From: Nitrospirota bacterium
GTDB taxonomy: Bacteria > Nitrospirota > Thermodesulfovibrionia > Thermodesulfovibrionales > UBA9159
Assembly (NCBI GenBank): GCA_963699545.1
Contig: CAVOUE010000005.1
Span: 160,001-224,000, forward strand
DNA: 64,000 nt
Direction of reading: 5' to 3'
Positions 9,642-19,643 of the stretch are shown in pieces. The notes beneath the pieces were generated by a model. It searched no databases. It was not told the origin of the DNA and saw only the letters and a program-made list of their open reading frames with translations. The position numbers were made by a program, and so were the translations under genes. How positions within the stretch are numbered: the first letter of the stretch is position 1; every line of letters begins with the position of its first letter.

Positions 9642-10800
9642 ATGGATATGGCACAGTTCCTCGGCTATTGCGAACAGCTGGAAAACAGGCAGGCCTTCAT
9701 GTATGAGAAGCTGAGCCGTTCCTTTTCGTCCGACGAGAACGCATCCCATTTCTTCGGCAAGTTGGGCATGGATGAAACAGCTCATCTTGACGCAGTCCAG
9801 AAAATGAGGACAATGGCTGCGAAAGATCTTCACGCATTTACAGAGGTGAGAGTAGATACTGATGAAATAAAAAGGATCTTGGCCAGATCAAACTATGTTC
9901 TCCACCGCGAAACTTTCACTTGCCGAAGTCTTGAACCAATGCTGCTGGATTGAGAAGAACGTGGCTGAACTATATATTATCGCGGCGTTGCAGCAATCCA
10001 ACCGCAAGACTGTTGAAGCCCTGATAGGCATCGGCGAGGTCTTTCGAGAACACTATATCTCTCTGTTTGATTACATTGAAAAAAGAGAGATCGCCATTGC
10101 TTTAGTGGACAGTGAGAAGAGGAGTCAGCTAAGAATTCCCTATAATGAGAACATCATGGTCAATGAAACAATGATGTTCAAGGCTGTCGATCTGAGCGAA
10201 GGAGGCATTTTCTTGATTGCCGGCAGATTTTTACAGCCCGGGAGCATCTTGCGCCTTGAACTCCCCATTAAGAACCGGAGGCTCAGCGTAAATGCGACAG
10301 TGAAGTTCAGCAGGAAGGGAGTTGGGGCCGGACTTAAATTCGTCAATCTGACTCCGGAACAAAAGAGCCTGATCAAGGAGCATATTGATACCGTTGCACG
10401 TACTTATTCCGTGAACGAGCTGGCCAAGAAGAAGATCCTGTTCATAAGAAATGTCCGATACCCGTCAAGCATCATGCATATGTATATCTCGAGTCTCATC
10501 GAGGGAGGCTTTTCCGTTCTGGATGTACAGGACATCTCTGAGGCCGTCCATCTGCTGGGCGAAAGACATCAGGTGAGGTTCATTATCTTGGCGGTCGCAT
10601 CAGCTGATGATCCTAATTACACCCTTTTGTCATACATCAAAGAATTCAAGGAATATAAAGCGGTGCCTGTAATGGTAATCTCCTTGAACAGCAGTCCCGC
10701 CTTCGAAAAAATGGTTCTTGAGGCCGGCGCAGACCGATACCTGACAAAATTGTCAACTCCTCCCAACAAGCTTCTCGAAATACTGCAGGCCTACCCATAA
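9642..10800 (+). CDS. Ferritin/rubrerythrin-like + PilZ + pseudo-receiver multidomain protein; frameshift near 9905
   Basis: Joins ORFs 9525..9953 and 9895..10800. Helical N-terminus EQLE..MY..DETAH / IEKNVAELY..EH; PilZ EKRSQLR and DLSEGG; C-terminal REC fold (VPVMVIS, AGADRYLTK) without the phosphoacceptor Asp. Confidence 0.65.
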
Positions 10801-10852
10801 AAAGGCCCGCAATGAAGAGGGAGGGGCGTAGGTGGCGCGCCGAATGCACGGA

Positions 10853-12103
10853 CTAGAAGAGCACGACCTCCACGGTTTCCCCTTCTTCTATTCCTCTGGC
10901 CTGGGAAGGTACCACCACGGTGCCGTCAGCCATAACGAGGGTCCGTATCAGACCTGATTTCCCCAGCACAGGTTCCGCCCAGAGCTCCCCGTACCTCTCT
11001 TGCAGGGCAACCCTGATGTGTTCCTCCCTGCCTGCACCGGAAGAGACATTTCTCGCCATTCTCGCTTTCACCGTTCTCTGTTTCAGATATCCTTTCTCGC
11101 CGATACCGGTGAGCATTTCCAGCACAGGCCTTATGAAAAGATCGAAGCAGACCGTCACCGCAGCGGGATGGCCCGGCAGACCGTACACGGGTATGCCGTT
11201 CACGACCCCGCCTATGGTCGGCTTCCCCGGCTTCAGGGTAACCCCGTGAAAGATCACGCCGGGAGAACCGAGGCTGTCTATGACCTTAGCGGTCATATCC
11301 ATCGTCCCCACAGAACTGCCCCCCGTAATAATAGCCACAGAGGATTCTTTCAGGGATTCCTCAAGGGCAGCCCGGATGTCGGCATACACGTCCCTGAATA
11401 TGCCCTTCCTGAGGGGTATGCCTCCGCTCTCAAGGATCAGGCCCGCAAGATTGTATGAGTTGATGTCCCGCACCTGGCCCGGAAGAAGGGAGCTGCCTGC
11501 AGGCACGATCTCGTCGCCTGTCGAAATGATGGAGACCTTCGGTTTCTCATACACTGTCACTGCGGTGACACCGATACCGGCAAGCGCTGCAACGTCCTGG
11601 GGCCTGAGCCTGTGACCTCTCTTCAAAATGAGGTCGCCTTTCCTCACATCTTCACCTGCGGCAATGATATTCTCTCCCGGCGCCACAGGCTTCAGGACCT
11701 CTATCAGTCCTTGGTGTGCGCACTGCACATGCTCCAGCATCACCACGGCATCGCTGCCTTCCGGGACCATCCCGCCGGTGGGTATCTTTGCGGCCGTACC
11801 CCTTTTCACGGAGAATTCAGGCTTCTCTCCCATGAAAATCTCATGGGCGACGTTCAGATAGGCGGGGAGGCCCTCCGTTGCGCCGAAGGTATCTGCTGCC
11901 GCAACGGCAAAACCGTCAACAGTGGAACGGGGGAAGGAGGGAGATCCTCAGAAGAAAATATTTCGCCGGCCAGAACTCTGGTATAGGAGTTCTCCGATCG
12001 GCACAAGAAGCGAAGCTGGCTCTCTGAAGGTGGAATGTTCTGCCATGCGCCTCTGCGCCTCGCCCACGGAAATGGAGTTTTCTCTCCCCAGCATATCGCG
12101 CAT
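10853..12103 (-). CDS. moeA: Molybdopterin molybdotransferase MoeA; frameshift near 11985
   Basis: MRDMLGRENSISV..., EDLPPFPRSTVDGFAV, IPTGG, STGDEI, TGGSSVG, KPGKPT, GLPGHP. Confidence 0.9.
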
Positions 12104-12144
12104 GGTTCAAAAAAGAGAGCTCGAAGGTTCGGGGATTCGGGGGT

Positions 12145-12903
12145 TCAAATGAACACGTGGCAACCTAGCTGGCGGATGTTCACCATCGGACTCTGGTTGA
12201 TGACATCAGAGTCCCTTCCCTTACAGAGGACGTCCACCATCCTGTCGACGGATTCTATCTGCAGACGCTGGATATTCTTCCGAGTGAGAGTCGTGGGGTC
12301 AACCGCATTCCGCTGGATGAAGTTGCCCAACCGTTCCTTGTTAAAACAGGACAGGAGCAGCATACCCCTGAATATCCTCTTGTTCGTCTTGAAGGAAAAA
12401 AAGGCACTCTCCAGGGACTGTTCGAGGAAGATGTCGTTCCTCGTCTGGACCTTCCGGTCAATGGTGATCGCCTGTATCCAGTACTTCTTGTCGATAATGC
12501 TGTCTGCACGCAATTCCACGAGCGTATGTCCTATGTTCCTCTTTGTGTTCGTGAAACTCCCATGGGCAACGGTATCCGCAGCGAGATGGCTCATATACCC
12601 GTACACAAAAGCCTTTTGCTGCTGGGTCTTCGCAGAATCCAGAAGGCTTAGCCCCACCTCCCAGCTGTGAGGGTTCTTGTCCTCAGGGAGAAACTTCTTC
12701 CCGATAATGATATCCGCCATGAGGTTGCCGTAAAGGAAATCATGCCGGTATTTCCTGATGAGGGCGTACACCCCAGCCGGCAGAAACGAGCCCAGGGAGA
12801 ATAACTCGCTTCCGAGATAAACATGGGTGAGAGGTCCCCATGCAAATGCAAAGGACGGTATCAAAAGAAACGACAGTATGAGCAGGAACTTAAATATCTT
12901 CAT
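12145..12903 (-). CDS. Zinc-dependent phospholipase C/S1-P1 nuclease family protein, secreted
   Basis: Signal peptide ending AFA then WGPLTH; GNLMAD, YMSHLAADTVAH, HTLVE zinc-ligand motifs. Confidence 0.8.
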   Translation of the reverse strand: MKIFKFLLILSFLLIPSFAFAWGPLTHVYLGSELFSLGSFLPAGVYALIRKYRHDFLYGNLMADIIIGKKFLPEDKNPHSWEVGLSLLDSAKTQQQKAFVYGYMSHLAADTVAHGSFTNTKRNIGHTLVELRADSIIDKKYWIQAITIDRKVQTRNDIFLEQSLESAFFSFKTNKRIFRGMLLLSCFNKERLGNFIQRNAVDPTTLTRKNIQRLQIESVDRMVDVLCKGRDSDVINQSPMVNIRQLGCHVFI

Positions 12904-14360
12904 CGAATCTCCTTCAAAAAATTTAGCAAAAGTCTTACGCCGACCCCAGTGGGTCCTTTCCCTATATACGGCCTGTCCTTCTCGGTCCATGCGGTGCCGG
13001 CAATGTCAAGATGTACCCAGCGGGTGTCGCCTGCAAACTCCTTCAGAAAATATCCTGCCGTGACCAGGGACCCTGTCTTCCCGCCTGAATTCTTGATATC
13101 CGCAACATCACTCTTAATATAATCCAAGTACTCCTCATAGAGGGGCATCTGCCACACCCTCTCGTATACCTCTTCACCGGCGGCCTTCAGACGCTCCATA
13201 AGGCGGTTGTCATTGCCCATCATGGCGACCGCCTCATTTCCCAGGGCCACGGAACATGCGCCGGTCAACGTGGCTACATCTATTATAAACCTCGGCGCTA
13301 TTTTTTTCACGTATTCGATGGCATCGGCAAGGACAAGTCTTCCTTCCGCATCGGTGCTGATGATCTCCACTGTCTTGCCGCCCATGGAACGCACAACGTC
13401 GCCCGGCTTTGATGCGCTGCCGCCGGGGAGGTTTTCCGCAGCAGGGAGCACACCGATGAGGTTCACCGGAAGCCGCATTTCAGCCGCAGCCTTGATCACC
13501 GCAAGGACCACGGCCCCGCCTGCCATATCATATTTCATTTTTTCCATGCCTTCGCCGGGTTTGATCGAGATGCCCCCGCTGTCAAAGGTTATGGACTTCC
13601 CGATAAGGGCGATGGGGGCTCCCCTTCCGCCATGATAGTTCAGGACAATGAATTTCGGCGGCTCCGCAGAACCCCGGGCGACCGAGAGGTAGGCACCCAT
13701 GCCTATCCTTTCTGCTTCTTTCCTGTCAAGGACCTCCAGCGATACCTTGCCCCTGGCAATGCCCCGGGCAGTTTTCGCCAGCACCGTCGGCGTCATGTCA
13801 TTGGCCGGGGTATTGATCAGATCACGGGCGAAATTCACTGCCGATACCGTTGCCACCAGCCTGCTCACCGCACTGAAGAGTGACTTGCGCGGCCTTCCGA
13901 TCAGCGTGAGTCTCTCCAAGCCGACGGTGTCCTCTTTGTCGTGTTTGTATTTCTTAAACTTATACAAGGAGAGAAGACCCCCCTCCACAAAGGGGAGCGG
14001 GGATTGACGCAATGCGTTCATATGTCGTGAGGAAAGGCAAATATCCCTGAAACCCAGGCCTGAGAGATAAGAGACGGCCTTCCCTCCCGAATGGCGTATC
14101 TTCTCGGCATTCACCTCTTTCTTGTTCCCCATCCCTGCGAGGAGTATCCTGTCGGGTTTGATCATGTTCCCGGTGTGCACGAGGGATATCTGGCCGAGCT
14201 TCCCCTTGAACTCTCCCGATGATATGACCCTGCGGATGAGCCCCTTCAATGGGGCATCGATCTCTTTGTAGGACTCCGCGCTCTCCCCCTCGCAAAGCGG
14301 CAGGATGAGGGCATCGGAACTACAGTCTGCTTCTTTTATGTCCTTAATAATGATGTCCAT
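12900..14360 (-). CDS. pepA: Leucyl aminopeptidase (M17)
   Basis: GKSITFDSGG, MKYDMAGG, STDAEGRLVLAD, ATLTGA, HLDIAGTAW. Confidence 0.95.
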   Translation of the reverse strand: MDIIIKDIKEADCSSDALILPLCEGESAESYKEIDAPLKGLIRRVISSGEFKGKLGQISLVHTGNMIKPDRILLAGMGNKKEVNAEKIRHSGGKAVSYLSGLGFRDICLSSRHMNALRQSPLPFVEGGLLSLYKFKKYKHDKEDTVGLERLTLIGRPRKSLFSAVSRLVATVSAVNFARDLINTPANDMTPTVLAKTARGIARGKVSLEVLDRKEAERIGMGAYLSVARGSAEPPKFIVLNYHGGRGAPIALIGKSITFDSGGISIKPGEGMEKMKYDMAGGAVVLAVIKAAAEMRLPVNLIGVLPAAENLPGGSASKPGDVVRSMGGKTVEIISTDAEGRLVLADAIEYVKKIAPRFIIDVATLTGACSVALGNEAVAMMGNDNRLMERLKAAGEEVYERVWQMPLYEEYLDYIKSDVADIKNSGGKTGSLVTAGYFLKEFAGDTRWVHLDIAGTAWTEKDRPYIGKGPTGVGVRLLLNFLKEIR

Positions 14361-14504
14361 GGCTCAAATGCTAATTCAATATTTTACCATAACCGGATGC
14401 CCCGGCGCGCAAGGAAACCAGAGAACAATCTCGTCCCTTCATTCCAGGTTGACTATCTTTTTGCTTTTATGTTAGGTTGTAAAATCACTTTTTCAGGAGA
14501 ACAT

Positions 14505-15198
14505 ATGACGCGCAAGAAACCACAGAAGGCACAGAAAAAGATTGCGAAGACAAAAACCGTTCTCCAGGGCAACGTCTCCGAAGAAAACGGCGGTAAAAAT
14601 AACGAAGAAAACAAAGACCGCCCTAAAGAGCAGAAAAACTTCTGCAAAGACGAAGAAGACAACAAAACTTGCGCTCAAGGTTCCTGCAGCCAGGACCACA
14701 AAAAAGGAAGTGAGGAAAAGAACGGCTTCAAAGGTCCAGGCGGCAAAGGTCGCTCCAAAAAAGCCGGCTTGCAGGCCTGTTGCGGTAATGCAGCGCGTTG
14801 AAAAAAAACCGGCGCCTGCGCTCAAAAAGAAGCTCGGCCCCAGGGAGCGGAAGATCCAGGAGATTAAGAAGACCCTCCTCATGCAGAAGAGCGAGCTTCT
14901 GAACGAAGCCGAGGAAGCCCTCAATGCGCTGCCTGGCCAGACCATATTCCCTGACATGGGTGATCAGGCCAGTGCGGAGATCGACAGGAACTTCATGCTG
15001 CGCCTCAGGGGAAGGGAACAGAGGCTTCTTAAGAAGATAGAGCAGGCAATAGAGAAGATCGACAGTGGCGCCTTCGGTATCTGCGATGTCTGCGGAGAGG
15101 AAATAAACTTAAAGCGCCTCGAGGCAAGGCCGGTCACCAACATGTGCATCTTCTGCAAGACCGAGCAGGAGGAAGAGGAAAAACTGAGGGGGAAATAG
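14505..15198 (+). CDS. dksA: DksA/TraR C4-zinc finger protein with long Lys/Ala-rich N-terminal extension; frameshift near 14560
   Basis: DMGDQAS coiled-coil tip, FGICDVCGEEINLKRLEARPVTNMCIFCK; ATG at 14505 after AGGAGA. Confidence 0.85.
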
Positions 15199-15206
15199 CC
15201 GCCTCC

Positions 15207-16001
15207 CTATCCCTTTATCTCCAGACCATACCTGTCCCTTAATCCATCTCCCAGCATATTAAAGCAGAGGGCAGTGAGCGCGATAGCAAGGCCCGGGAAG
15301 AAGACAGTCCAGGGGGCCGACATGATAAATACCCTGTTTGCGCTCACCATCGAGCCCCAACTCGGCATAGGCGGCTGGGCCCCCAGACCCAGGAAGCTCA
15401 GGGATGCTTCAGTCAGGATATACCCCCCCAGCTTCAGCCCCATCATCACGATCACCAGGGGAATGCACTGCGGGAGGAGATGCACAAAAAGGATCCTTCC
15501 GTTGCTGCAGCCGATCGCCCTTGCTGCCTCGATGAACAACGCCTCCCGGGAAGAAAGGACATGTCCCCTCACCAGCCTTGCAATGGAAGCCCATCCCACC
15601 GACGCTATCGCGATCATCACTGTGTAGATTCCGGGGGGAAGGATCACGGATATCCCTATTGCCAAAAGCAGGGAAGGGAAGGCAAGGATAAAGTCCACAA
15701 TGAGCATTATGGAAGTATCTGTTTTCCCCCCCACGTATCCTGAGACCAGCCCGACCATCAGACCTATGCCCATTGACAGGACAGCAGCGACCGCGGCAAC
15801 CGAAAGGGATATCCTTCCTCCGTACAGGACCCTTGAAAGAATGTCCCTGCCCTTGTTATCGGTGCCGAGGGGGTGACGAAGGCTGGGTGACTCCTTCAAC
15901 TCGTCCAGGTTCACCTCTTCCGGATCGTAGGAAGAGAGGAACGGCGCAAAGACCGAAGCCATCATTATTACCACCAGCACTGAGACAATAGCCTTAATCA
16001 T
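15207..16001 (-). CDS. Peptide/nickel ABC transporter permease (DppC/OppC)
   Basis: HPLGTDNKGRDILSRVLYGGRISL, FIEAARAIG EAA motif, EASLSFLGLG. Confidence 0.92.
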   Translation of the reverse strand: MIKAIVSVLVVIMMASVFAPFLSSYDPEEVNLDELKESPSLRHPLGTDNKGRDILSRVLYGGRISLSVAAVAAVLSMGIGLMVGLVSGYVGGKTDTSIMLIVDFILAFPSLLLAIGISVILPPGIYTVMIAIASVGWASIARLVRGHVLSSREALFIEAARAIGCSNGRILFVHLLPQCIPLVIVMMGLKLGGYILTEASLSFLGLGAQPPMPSWGSMVSANRVFIMSAPWTVFFPGLAIALTALCFNMLGDGLRDRYGLEIKG

Positions 16002-16926
16002 TTCCCGTGTAGAGCCTCACTCTCGGATCAAGATAATGGTAGAGGATATCCACCATGAGATTAATGAGAACATAGACAGTCGTGCCCACGATAATACATC
16101 CCATGATCACCGGATAATCCCTCTTTATGATCCCTTCCATGGCGAATCTGCCGATGCCGTCCCATCCGAAGATCGTCTCGGTCAGAACAGCGCCGTTGAG
16201 GTAGCTCCCGAAATCCAGCCCTATCACCGTAACCAGGGGAATGAGGGCGTTTTTGAAGACGTGAATGAATTTCACTCTCCCCTCGGTCAATCCCTTCGCC
16301 CTGGCAGTCCTGACATAAGGCATGCCGAAGAGATCGATGAGGGTCGTCCTCGAGATCCGGGTGAGAGTGGCAAGGGCAGGAAGGGCAAGGGTGAGGGAAG
16401 GCATGATGAGGAACCTGATGTCCCCCATGCCTGAGGGCGGAAGCATCCTCAGTTTCATGCTGAAAAAAAGCATGATCAAAAGCCCTGACCAGAACACTGG
16501 GAGACTCAGACCGATGACGGAAAGGGAAGAAATTCCCCGGTCAATAACGGTCCCCCTTTTCACGGCGGAGACAAAACCGAGGAGAATACCCGCAGGCACC
16601 GCAATCAACATCGCGCCTGCCGCAAGGAGCAGGGTATTCGGGAACTTCGCCGCGATGTCACTGCTCACTTGTCTGTTGGTGTAGTAGGAACGCCCGAACT
16701 CTCCCTTCAAAAGCAGCTTCACGTAACCCATATACTGAACAAGGAAGCTCTTATCAGTGTTCAGCTCTTTTCGTATGCTCTCGATCACCTCGGGGCTCGC
16801 CCTCTCACCCACCATGCTCAGGGCAGGATCACCGGGAAGGGCTTTTGTGAGGGAAAAGGTGAGCATGGTTATCCCAAGCAGGAGGGGGATGAGAAGAAGA
16901 AGCCGTCTGAGGATATATCCTTTAAT
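15994..16926 (-). CDS. Peptide/nickel ABC transporter permease (DppB/OppB), apparent ATT start
   Basis: YILRRLL..IPLLLGIT, LPGDPA, YVRTARAKGL, GAVLTETIFGWDGIG; GGGAGG 5 nt before ATT at 16926. Confidence 0.9.
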   Translation of the reverse strand: MKGYILRRLLLLIPLLLGITMLTFSLTKALPGDPALSMVGERASPEVIESIRKELNTDKSFLVQYMGYVKLLLKGEFGRSYYTNRQVSSDIAAKFPNTLLLAAGAMLIAVPAGILLGFVSAVKRGTVIDRGISSLSVIGLSLPVFWSGLLIMLFFSMKLRMLPPSGMGDIRFLIMPSLTLALPALATLTRISRTTLIDLFGMPYVRTARAKGLTEGRVKFIHVFKNALIPLVTVIGLDFGSYLNGAVLTETIFGWDGIGRFAMEGIIKRDYPVIMGCIIVGTTVYVLINLMVDILYHYLDPRVRLYTGND

Positions 16927-16997
16927 GAGTACCTCCCAAGAACTCCAATGGCGAATATCTAAATTCTAAACAAATACCGGATTTAAATCCACTTGCC

Positions 16998-17026
16998 TTG
17001 ACAGGGTCCAAGCCCGTTGTTAGAAT
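16998..17026 (+). promoter_or_regulatory. Sigma70 promoter facing the cassette-like gene
   Basis: TTGACA-N17-TAGAAT with extended -10 TG. Confidence 0.6.
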
Positions 17027-17150
17027 AAGCCATCCACAAGGGGGTGGACAAAATTGGGGTAAATGTCTGTGATAGTCCAAGAAGTTTTTCCTTCCTTTTT
17101 TCTTCCCGCCCTACCCTTCAAACATCATTCTCTCGTTACGTCATTCGCCA

Positions 17151-17210
17151 GGGGACTGTCCCAGATTTACGGACGGAGCAACACGCAGTCGTAGAATCGG
17201 GACTGTCCCC
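17151..17210. repeat. REP-like palindromic element
   Basis: Two near-palindromic GGGACTGTCCC copies (17152-17162, 17199-17209) enclosing imperfect inverted arms GATTTACGGAC/GTCGTAGAATC. Confidence 0.6.
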
Positions 17211-17315
17211 GAACTGTGCTCTACTTCATTATCTGGGCGTGGGCATAGACGAAACAGGTTCGGATATCATCCCAAATATGGACAAAAAGCGAAATGGAGT
17301 TGCGGCTGTGAACGA

Positions 17316-18192
17316 GTTATGCGTAATTGCGTTCATGAATTCAATATCCTAGAGAGGTAAATATGAGTAATAGGCTCGATAGCATAATGGCTTTACTGAA
17401 ACGGTCAAAACAAGACTTGTCAAGAATTGAACAAGAGTACAACAAGTCATTACATGCGAAGAGAATTGATCCCAATCTTAAAATTGATATCAAAAATTAC
17501 TGCGAGAATTTACGCTCAGTCCTCGATTATCTCGCCAAAGATATTAGAGACAAATATTCTCCTGCAGCCAAGAGCAAGGATAGATTTTACTTTCCAATAT
17601 TACCGGATACTACTCAATTTGCCAGCCAAACTCAGAAATGGTTTCCGGACTTGCACAATAGTTGCCACGATCTATATGCTTTTATAGAAAGTATCCAGCC
17701 GTATCATTCTGAGAAAACGAAATTGATAGGATTATTTAATAAACTGAATAACGAGAATAAACATGGTGACTTAGTTGAACAAATAAGAACGGAGTCTAAG
17801 CAGGTCAAGGTTGATTTTCAAGGTGGTTCAGTAAGCTGGAATCCCTCATCTGTCAAATTTGGTTCAGGCGTACATTGGTGGCGTACCAGTGAACCCGAAC
17901 ACTCAAATGCCCATTCCACATCCGTCTCAAAAAGTTGAAATTATTACTTGGGTGGATTTCACATTTCAGGGAATAAATGTATCTGCGTTATGGTTATTAA
18001 AGGAATCTAATACGGGAATAGACAACATCGCCACTACAATCCAGAAATGGCTTTAGGGAATGCAGCAACTACACATAACACCGCGCAAACGGCTGACGCA
18101 CAAACTGCAAGGCTTCGTTTATCAAGAAGCTAAAGGGGCAGTTCTATTTAAGGGATGGCCGACACTTGAGATAACAAACAGGTTTGCGGCGC
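17316..18192 (+). mobile_element. Solitary integron-type gene cassette remnant with truncated attC
   Basis: Core-site-like GTTATGC (17316) precedes the ORF; inverse-core-like ACATAAC (18073) follows the stop, then CGCGCAAACGGCTGACGCACAAAC ... GTTTGCGGCGC arms; the right end of the attC is missing. Confidence 0.5.
17363..18056 (+). CDS. AT-rich hypothetical protein, about 230 aa; frameshift near 17872
   Basis: ORFs 17363..17938 and 17859..18056 join as ...VKFGSGV(Y)IGGVPVNPNTQMP...; SD GAGAGG; visibly more AT-rich than its neighbours. Confidence 0.7.
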
Positions 18193-18226
18193 TCCTCTCA
18201 CTTATCGAACCTTCGGGGACGGCGCC

Positions 18227-19477
18227 CTACATCAACTGCACCAGCAACATCACGTTCAGGACCGTGACGATCACTGCCGTGCCCCAGAGAAGGACCTTAT
18301 GAGAAATAGGATTGGCGAATTTCCCCATGACCTTGGATGAAGAGGTCAGATAGATCAGGGCAAATATCGTGAGCGGCAGCTGCATACTCAGGATGATCTG
18401 GCTCCATATCATCGCCTGAAAGACGTTCGTCACGAAGAAGATTATCAAGAGTGCGCCAAAGAGAGTGATCACAACCCCCATTCGTGAATGGCTGTCTGCA
18501 GGATCAAAGGGCTCCTGAAAGGCACCGGCAAAGATGCTTCCCCCTGCCATGGCGGCGGTGATGGAGGATGAAAAGCCGGCAAAGATCAGCGCCAGGGCAA
18601 AGACAGAGGCCGCAGCGTTGCCGAGAAGAGGCTTCAAGGTTGCCTGCGCCTGGGGAAGCTCCGCCACCGTGATCCCGTTGGTGTAGAAGACCGAGGCAGC
18701 CACAATGATCATGGCGCTGTTGATGGCCCATCCCACGGTCATGGCAAAAAGCGTATCCGTAAATTCGTATTTCAGCTGTTTGCGTATCACCGCATCCCCC
18801 TCAAGGTTCCACTGCCTGCTTTGGATGATCTCTGAATGAAGGAAAATGTTGTGGGGCATCACTACCGCGCCCAGGACACTCATCACGATGGGGAGAGAGC
18901 CGGAGGGAACAGTCGGGATGACCCAGTTCGTCAGGGTCTCGTTCCATCCCACGTTTACGAGAGCCATCTCAAAGAGAAAAGAAAGCCCTATGAGGGAGAC
19001 AAAAGCTATTATCCATTTCTCCAGCCTGCGGTAACTGCGGGAAAGGAGCATAGAGGCAGCCAGAAGAGCAGAGAGAATCGCTCCGACGGTGATGGGTAAT
19101 CCCAGGAGCATGTTCAGCCCGATGGCCGCTCCCAGGACCTCTGCCAATGCAGTGGAGACCGAGGCAATCACTGCGGTGAGCAGGAACAGTCTGCTTATCC
19201 ATTTTCCGAGATATTTTGCAGATGCTTCGGAGAGGCATAACCCCGTGGCAATGCCCAGATGGGCAGCGGTGTGCTGAAGGATGATCAGCATGAGGGTCGA
19301 GAGGGTCACCATCCAGAGGAGAGAGTATCCATAGCCGGACCCTGCAGCAACGTTGGAGGCCCAGTTCCCCGGATCGATGAACCCCACCGTGACCAGGAAC
19401 CCCGGACCGATGTACTTTAGTATCTCCAGGCCACCGAACTTCGGCGCATGCTTTTCGAAAAGTTTTTCCAGGATCAT
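18227..19477 (-). CDS. mntH: NRAMP family Mn2+/Fe2+ transporter
   Basis: GFIDPGNWASN, GAVVMPHNIFLHS, SSSITA motifs; multiple TM helices. Confidence 0.9.
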   Translation of the reverse strand: MILEKLFEKHAPKFGGLEILKYIGPGFLVTVGFIDPGNWASNVAAGSGYGYSLLWMVTLSTLMLIILQHTAAHLGIATGLCLSEASAKYLGKWISRLFLLTAVIASVSTALAEVLGAAIGLNMLLGLPITVGAILSALLAASMLLSRSYRRLEKWIIAFVSLIGLSFLFEMALVNVGWNETLTNWVIPTVPSGSLPIVMSVLGAVVMPHNIFLHSEIIQSRQWNLEGDAVIRKQLKYEFTDTLFAMTVGWAINSAMIIVAASVFYTNGITVAELPQAQATLKPLLGNAAASVFALALIFAGFSSSITAAMAGGSIFAGAFQEPFDPADSHSRMGVVITLFGALLIIFFVTNVFQAMIWSQIILSMQLPLTIFALIYLTSSSKVMGKFANPISHKVLLWGTAVIVTVLNVMLLVQLM

Positions 19478-19643
19478 GGAAGTTGCATTCCCAAATGAGT
19501 TCTTATGAACAAGTGTAGCAGTATTTTCAGGCCGATTCCACACAGCTCATCATGCGGGCTGTTTCCATTAAGTTTCCTTAATTCTCATTTCCCGGATGAT
19601 CAGTATAATAAACAACAAACTTCTTTAGCAGAAGGAGGACGGC

